Shown here in pieces: positions 26,174-30,342 of a stretch of DNA of 30,342 nucleotides (positions are counted from its first letter, which is position 1; each line of letters starts with the position of its first letter). Source of the stretch: Chloroflexota bacterium (GTDB taxonomy: Bacteria; Chloroflexota; Dehalococcoidia; UBA2979); the NCBI GenBank assembly GCA_027593235.1, contig JAQCIU010000037.1, positions 1 through 30,342 on the forward strand. Direction: 5' to 3'. The notes under the pieces were generated by a model, which was not told the origin of the DNA, did no database searches, and was given only the letters and a program-made list of their open reading frames with translations. Made by a program: the position numbers and the translations under genes.

Positions 26174-27262
26174 ATGAATGCTGATCGGGCGGACGCCGTC
26201 CTCGACGTCCCCGTTACGCGGGCGCGCTGGACGGCGTTCGCCTCGATCGGTCCGACCGCTGGCGCGGTGTTGCTCCTCGCGATCGTCGCGCTCGTCGCGA
26301 TGACGCAGGGCGCCGCCGCGATCCCGGTGCGCACGACGCTCGGCATGTTGCTCGATCGGCTCCCGCTGATCGCGATCGACCAGGACGTGCCGGCGACCTG
26401 GGACCGGATCGTCTTCGACGTGCGGCTCCCGAGGATCGTCGCGGCGGGCCTCGTGGGCGCCGCGCTCGCGTATTCCGGCACCGCCTACCAGGGCGTCTTC
26501 CGCAACCCGCTTGCCGATCCATTCCTGCTCGGCGTCGCCTCGGGCGCAGGTTTCGGCGCGGCGATCGCGATCATTTCGCCGTTGCCCAGCAGCGCGTACG
26601 GGTTCGGCTGGGTGCCGGTGTTCGCGTTCGTTGGCGCGATCGCCACGGTGAGCCTGGTCTACGCCGCGGCCCGCTCCGCGCCCGGCTCGCAGGGCGCGAC
26701 GCTGATCCTCGCCGGGGTGGCGCTCTCGGCGGTGCTGTCCGCCGGTATCTCGTTCATCCTGCTCACCGGCGGCGAACGTGCGCGGCCGATCCTCTCGTTC
26801 ATCTTCGGCGGCTTCAACACCGCCTCGTGGGAGCGGGTCATCGCCGCACTGCCGTACATCGTCGTCGGCGCGGTTGTGGTGGCGAGTCATTCGAGGGTGA
26901 TGAACGTGCTCCAGCTCGATGGCGAGCAGGCGGCGCAGCTCGGGGTGAACGTCACGCGGTCGACGCTGATCATCCTTGCTGCCGCGTCGTTGATGGCCGC
27001 GGCGGCTGTCTCCGTCGCGGGGATCATCGGCTTCGTCGGCCTGATCGTCCCGCACAGCGCGCGGATGCTGGTCGGCTGGGACCACCGGCGGCTGCTCCCG
27101 GTGGCCGCGCTCGGCGGTGCCGCGTTCCTGATCGCGGCCGATCTGGCCTCGAGGACGATCCTGGCTCCCGAGGAGATACCGGTCGGCGTGCTGACCGCGA
27201 TGATCGGCGGCCCGTTCTTCCTCTACCTGTTGCGCACGCGTCGCGTGGACGGGGGCCGCTGA
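26174..27262 (+). CDS. btuC: Cobalamin ABC transporter permease (FecCD family)
   Basis: VRLPRI, QGVFRNPLADPFLLGVASGA, GIIGFVGLIVPH, EIPVGVLTAMIGGPFF. Confidence 0.88.
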   Translation: MNADRADAVLDVPVTRARWTAFASIGPTAGAVLLLAIVALVAMTQGAAAIPVRTTLGMLLDRLPLIAIDQDVPATWDRIVFDVRLPRIVAAGLVGAALAYSGTAYQGVFRNPLADPFLLGVASGAGFGAAIAIISPLPSSAYGFGWVPVFAFVGAIATVSLVYAAARSAPGSQGATLILAGVALSAVLSAGISFILLTGGERARPILSFIFGGFNTASWERVIAALPYIVVGAVVVASHSRVMNVLQLDGEQAAQLGVNVTRSTLIILAAASLMAAAAVSVAGIIGFVGLIVPHSARMLVGWDHRRLLPVAALGGAAFLIAADLASRTILAPEEIPVGVLTAMIGGPFFLYLLRTRRVDGGR

Positions 27263-28083
27263 TGGTGGCGACGCAGCCCGATCGCGCCGCGGTCGCCGCA
27301 CCGCTGCTGAGCGTCGAGGACCTGACGGTCCGCATCGGCCGGAAGACGCTCGTCGACTGCGTGAGCCTTGAGGTCGCGCGCGGCGAGGTCGTCGGCCTCG
27401 TCGGCCCAAACGGCGCCGGCAAGAGCACGCTGCTGCGCGCGATCAGCGGCGTGCAGTCCACGGCGGCAGGCGAGGTCCGCATCGAGGGTCGGTCCGCTGT
27501 CGCGCTTGGGCGACGGGAACTGGCGAAGCGACTCGCCGTGGTGCAGCAGCTCCCCGAGGCGCCGAGCGCCATGCTGGTCAGCGAGTTGGTGTTGCTCGGC
27601 CGCCACCCCCACCTCGGCTGGTTCGATCGCGAGTCGGGGCGTGACGCGCGGATCGCGCGCCTCGCGATGTCGCGCGCCGGCTGCCTGGAGCTGGCCGACC
27701 GCGAGGTGGGCACGCTCTCCGGCGGCGAGCGCCGGCGCGCCTTCATCGCTCGCGCCTTGGCCCAGGAGGCGGAGCTGCTGCTGCTCGACGAGCCGACGGC
27801 CAACCTCGATGCCGGCGCGCAGGCCGAGGTGTGCGATCTGCTGCGCACGCTCGCAAGCGACGACGTCGGGGTGCTGGTCGTGCTCCACGATCTGACGCTC
27901 GCGGCTTCGACCTGTGACCGCGTGATCCTGCTCGCGGAGGGACGCGTCGTCGCGACCGGATCACCCGACGAGGTGATCACGGCGGAGCACGTTGCCCGCA
28001 TGTACGGGCCCGGCGTGGCAGTGCTGCGGCACCCCGAGGATGGCCGCCCGATCGTGGTGCCGGCCCTCGGATCGCGTCGATAG
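27262..28083 (+). CDS. btuD: Cobalamin ABC transporter ATP-binding protein
   Basis: GPNGAGKST, LSGGE, LLLDEPT, VLHD; TGATG coupling with the permease. Confidence 0.88.
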   Translation: MVATQPDRAAVAAPLLSVEDLTVRIGRKTLVDCVSLEVARGEVVGLVGPNGAGKSTLLRAISGVQSTAAGEVRIEGRSAVALGRRELAKRLAVVQQLPEAPSAMLVSELVLLGRHPHLGWFDRESGRDARIARLAMSRAGCLELADREVGTLSGGERRRAFIARALAQEAELLLLDEPTANLDAGAQAEVCDLLRTLASDDVGVLVVLHDLTLAASTCDRVILLAEGRVVATGSPDEVITAEHVARMYGPGVAVLRHPEDGRPIVVPALGSRR

Positions 28084-28182
28084 TCCTCGGCGGTTAGTCC
28101 CACTGCGTCCGGACGTTCGGCCCCGAGGGATCCGCATCGCGGCCACTATGCTGCTGACTCGCGATGCGAGCGGTGGTGTGCG

Positions 28183-29118
28183 GTGGTCGTTGTCTGGGTG
28201 CTGTTCGTCGTGGTTGGATTCGCGATCGCGATCCTCGCGAGCCGCCAGGCGACGCAGTACGCACAGGTGGTCGCGCTGCGGATGGGCGTCCCCCCGCTCA
28301 TCATCGGGCTCACTCTCGTCAGCATCGGGACGAACCTGCCGGAGATCGCCAACTCAGTGATCGCGTCGCTCTCCGATCACGGCGATCTGAACGCCGGCAC
28401 GGCGATCGGGTCGGTCGCTGTCGACCTCACGCTGGTGCTCGGATTGCTGCCGTGGGTGGCCGGCGCGTTCTACCTCGGACGGGTCGACCTGCGGGCAATC
28501 AGCGGCGCGATCATCTTCGCGCTGCTGTTGGGCCTCCTCCTCGTCGCCGACGGCGAGCTGTCGAGGGTCGACGGCGCCGTCCTCGTGCTGACCTGGGGCG
28601 GTGGCACCGCGGTGATCTGGACCAGCGGGAGCCGACTGCTCCGCGCCGAGGTGGAAGCGCCCTCCGAGGGCCCGATCACGATGCAGCTCCTTGCCACCCT
28701 CGGCACGCTGGTCCTCGTCGCCGCCGGCGCGAGCGTGGCCGTGATCGGCCTCGTCAATGTCGCCGAGATCGCGGGGGTACCGGAGTACGCCATCTCCTTC
28801 TTCGGGGCGTCGATCGGCACCTCGCTGCCTGAGCTGGTGGTCAATGCCACGGCTGTCCGCCGGCGCGCCTGGGGTCTCGCAATCGGCGACGCCTTCGGCT
28901 CGGCGTTCGTCGATGCCACCGTCTCGCTCGGCATCGGGCCGCTGTTCGCGGCGACAACGATCGACACCGATCTCGCGCTCCGAGGTGGCGTCGGGGCACT
29001 GTTGGCGACACTGCTCGTCCTCGGAATCTTCTGGCGCCGCGTCCGGCTTGATCGCCCGATCGGGACGCTTTTCGTCGTCGCCTACATCGCGCTCTACCCG
29101 ATCGTTCTCGCGACCTGA
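28183..29118 (+). CDS. Sodium:calcium antiporter (YrbG/CaCA family)
   Basis: Two alpha repeats, SIGTNLPE and SIGTSLPE, each followed by a G.A.GS motif. Confidence 0.88.
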   Translation: MVVVWVLFVVVGFAIAILASRQATQYAQVVALRMGVPPLIIGLTLVSIGTNLPEIANSVIASLSDHGDLNAGTAIGSVAVDLTLVLGLLPWVAGAFYLGRVDLRAISGAIIFALLLGLLLVADGELSRVDGAVLVLTWGGGTAVIWTSGSRLLRAEVEAPSEGPITMQLLATLGTLVLVAAGASVAVIGLVNVAEIAGVPEYAISFFGASIGTSLPELVVNATAVRRRAWGLAIGDAFGSAFVDATVSLGIGPLFAATTIDTDLALRGGVGALLATLLVLGIFWRRVRLDRPIGTLFVVAYIALYPIVLAT

Positions 29119-29636
29119 TGCTGTCGGTCCCGGGATTGATCGGCCGCAATCGCTGGAAAGCCGCTGCGGTGCGGGGCGAGTTCGAGCCGCACACGATCGA
29201 GCGCGTGACCGTGCATCACACCGCCGTCGCCTTCGACGGCCGCGCGACCGCGCTCCGGCTGCGCGCCTACCAGCGGTACCACCAGGGGATGGGTTGGCCG
29301 GACGTCGCCTACCACCTGCTGATCGGGGGCGACGGTGTCCCCTATGAAGGACGGCCGTTCGAGGCGTGCGGTGACTCGGCGACGGACTACGACTCCAGCG
29401 GGCACCTGCTGATCGCGCTCGATGGCGACTTCAGTGCGGCGGAACCGGGTGAGGCACAGCTCCGCGCACTGGTCGAACTCGTCGCCTGGGCGAGCGACAC
29501 CTTTGATATCTCGCCCGACGCCCTCCGAGGCCATGACGCCTACGCGGCCACCGCCTGTCCCGGCACGCGGCTCTCCGCGCTGCTCGTCGACGGGTCGATC
29601 ACGGCCCGCGTCCGGACGCTGCTCGACGGCGACTAG
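29118..29636 (+). CDS. N-acetylmuramoyl-L-alanine amidase, PGRP/Amidase_2 family
   Basis: VTVHHTA, YH..MGWPDVAYHLLI, YEGR, GH and TACPG zinc-ligand set. Confidence 0.87.
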   Translation: MLSVPGLIGRNRWKAAAVRGEFEPHTIERVTVHHTAVAFDGRATALRLRAYQRYHQGMGWPDVAYHLLIGGDGVPYEGRPFEACGDSATDYDSSGHLLIALDGDFSAAEPGEAQLRALVELVAWASDTFDISPDALRGHDAYAATACPGTRLSALLVDGSITARVRTLLDGD

Positions 29637-30256
29637 ATGCCCTCGAGGTGTCGCGTCTCGTTGAGGCTGCGCACCTGCCGGTTTCGCCAGAAGTCGTCTT
29701 CGTGCAGGTGGGTGATCCCGCCGGAGGTCGACGCGAGATTGAGTTGCCCGGCTGCCTCGATTGGCATCCCGATCCAGGCCGCGACGACGAAGGTCAGCGC
29801 GAAGCCGTGCGTGACCACGATCTGCGCGGGGGCGCCGTCCTCGAGGATCGTGTCCATCGCGCGATAGATCCGCGTGGCGAACTCCCGCTTGGTTTCGCCG
29901 CCCTCGATGCCGCGATGGTCGAGGCGGTCATGGTCCGGCGCGGGGACGAGCCGTTCGTCGAGCCAGGCCTGCGGCTTGCCTTCGGCGACGCCGTAGCTCA
30001 GCTCACGGAGATCGCCGCTCTGCTCGAGCGGCACATCGAAGTGGGTCGCGATGCGGGCCGCGGTCTCGCGTGCCCTCGTGAGATCCGAGGACACGAGACG
30101 TGGTGCCGAGGTGGCGATCAGCGCTCCGAGGCGCGTGGCTACGGCGTCGGCCTGCCGCTGGCCGCGGCCGGTGAGCCCGCTGTCGTACCAGCCACCGACG
30201 CGGCGCTGGACGTGGTGTCTCGACTCGGTGTGCGTCACGACGTAGATGTCTCGCAT
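29633..30256 (-). CDS. Histidine phosphatase (phosphoglycerate mutase) family protein
   Basis: VVTHTES (RHG variant), LT.RG.RQA, SSDLTRARETA, LRE.SYG..EG, VVTHG, LNETRHL. Confidence 0.85.
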   Translation of the reverse strand: MRDIYVVTHTESRHHVQRRVGGWYDSGLTGRGQRQADAVATRLGALIATSAPRLVSSDLTRARETAARIATHFDVPLEQSGDLRELSYGVAEGKPQAWLDERLVPAPDHDRLDHRGIEGGETKREFATRIYRAMDTILEDGAPAQIVVTHGFALTFVVAAWIGMPIEAAGQLNLASTSGGITHLHEDDFWRNRQVRSLNETRHLEGI

Positions 30257-30268
30257 GAGGCCTGCTCG

Positions 30269-30337
30269 GGCTAGCTGTACTGACCACGGACATGTGAGAC
30301 ACGGCTGATGGGTGGGCGGCCACCGAGCGAGCCATGG
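30269..30337. repeat. 69-bp perfect inverted repeat, right copy (partner 1-69)
   Basis: Exact reverse complement of 1-69. Confidence 0.97.
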
Positions 30338-30342
30338 GGTCT
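30276..30342 (+). mobile_element. Terminus of a second copy of the same probable IS481-family element
   Basis: GCTAGC (30270-30275) then TGTACTGACCACGG...; ATG at 30333 might be the transposase start (unverifiable here). Confidence 0.7.

Noticed and set aside
29633-30256. cobC (alpha-ribazole phosphatase) given the nearby B12 transporter
   Set aside because: Opposite strand, not in the riboswitch operon, and only the general fold is shared.
70-30268. CRISPR array, tRNA or rRNA genes
   Set aside because: No regularly spaced repeats or cloverleaf/rRNA signatures were seen by eye.

Overview
High-GC bacterial chromosomal contig, most consistent with a Chloroflexota (Dehalococcoidia-like) organism. 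That assignment is an inference from the DnaN C-terminus ...MPMFVQW, dnaN standing apart from dnaA, and the LLM/DinB/ThuA/SDR/PAC2 gene content. Both ends run into the same 69-bp sequence in inverted orientation, which reads as an IS481-family end (TGT...) sitting in a GCTAGC target. Between them, in order: an HTH regulator, a HAD hydrolase and dnaN; an apparently foreign relic ORF colliding with a truncated anti-sigma gene; an ECF sigma and a TetR; and a ferredoxin-type nitrate assimilation operon (nirA-narB-NarK/NRT2) with GlnR-like 11-bp-phased boxes and a probable CTG start behind an RBS-sequestering hairpin. Next comes an unusual ~1000-aa lipoprotein joining cytochrome c, an Ig-like domain, a sugar-dehydrogenase-type beta-propeller and a GH26 glycoside hydrolase, which is the best candidate for an undescribed system. 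The rest holds assorted metabolic genes, a cobalamin riboswitch with btuFCD, a Na/Ca antiporter coupled to a PGRP-like amidase, and a histidine phosphatase. All calls come from motif recognition by eye; no searches were run.
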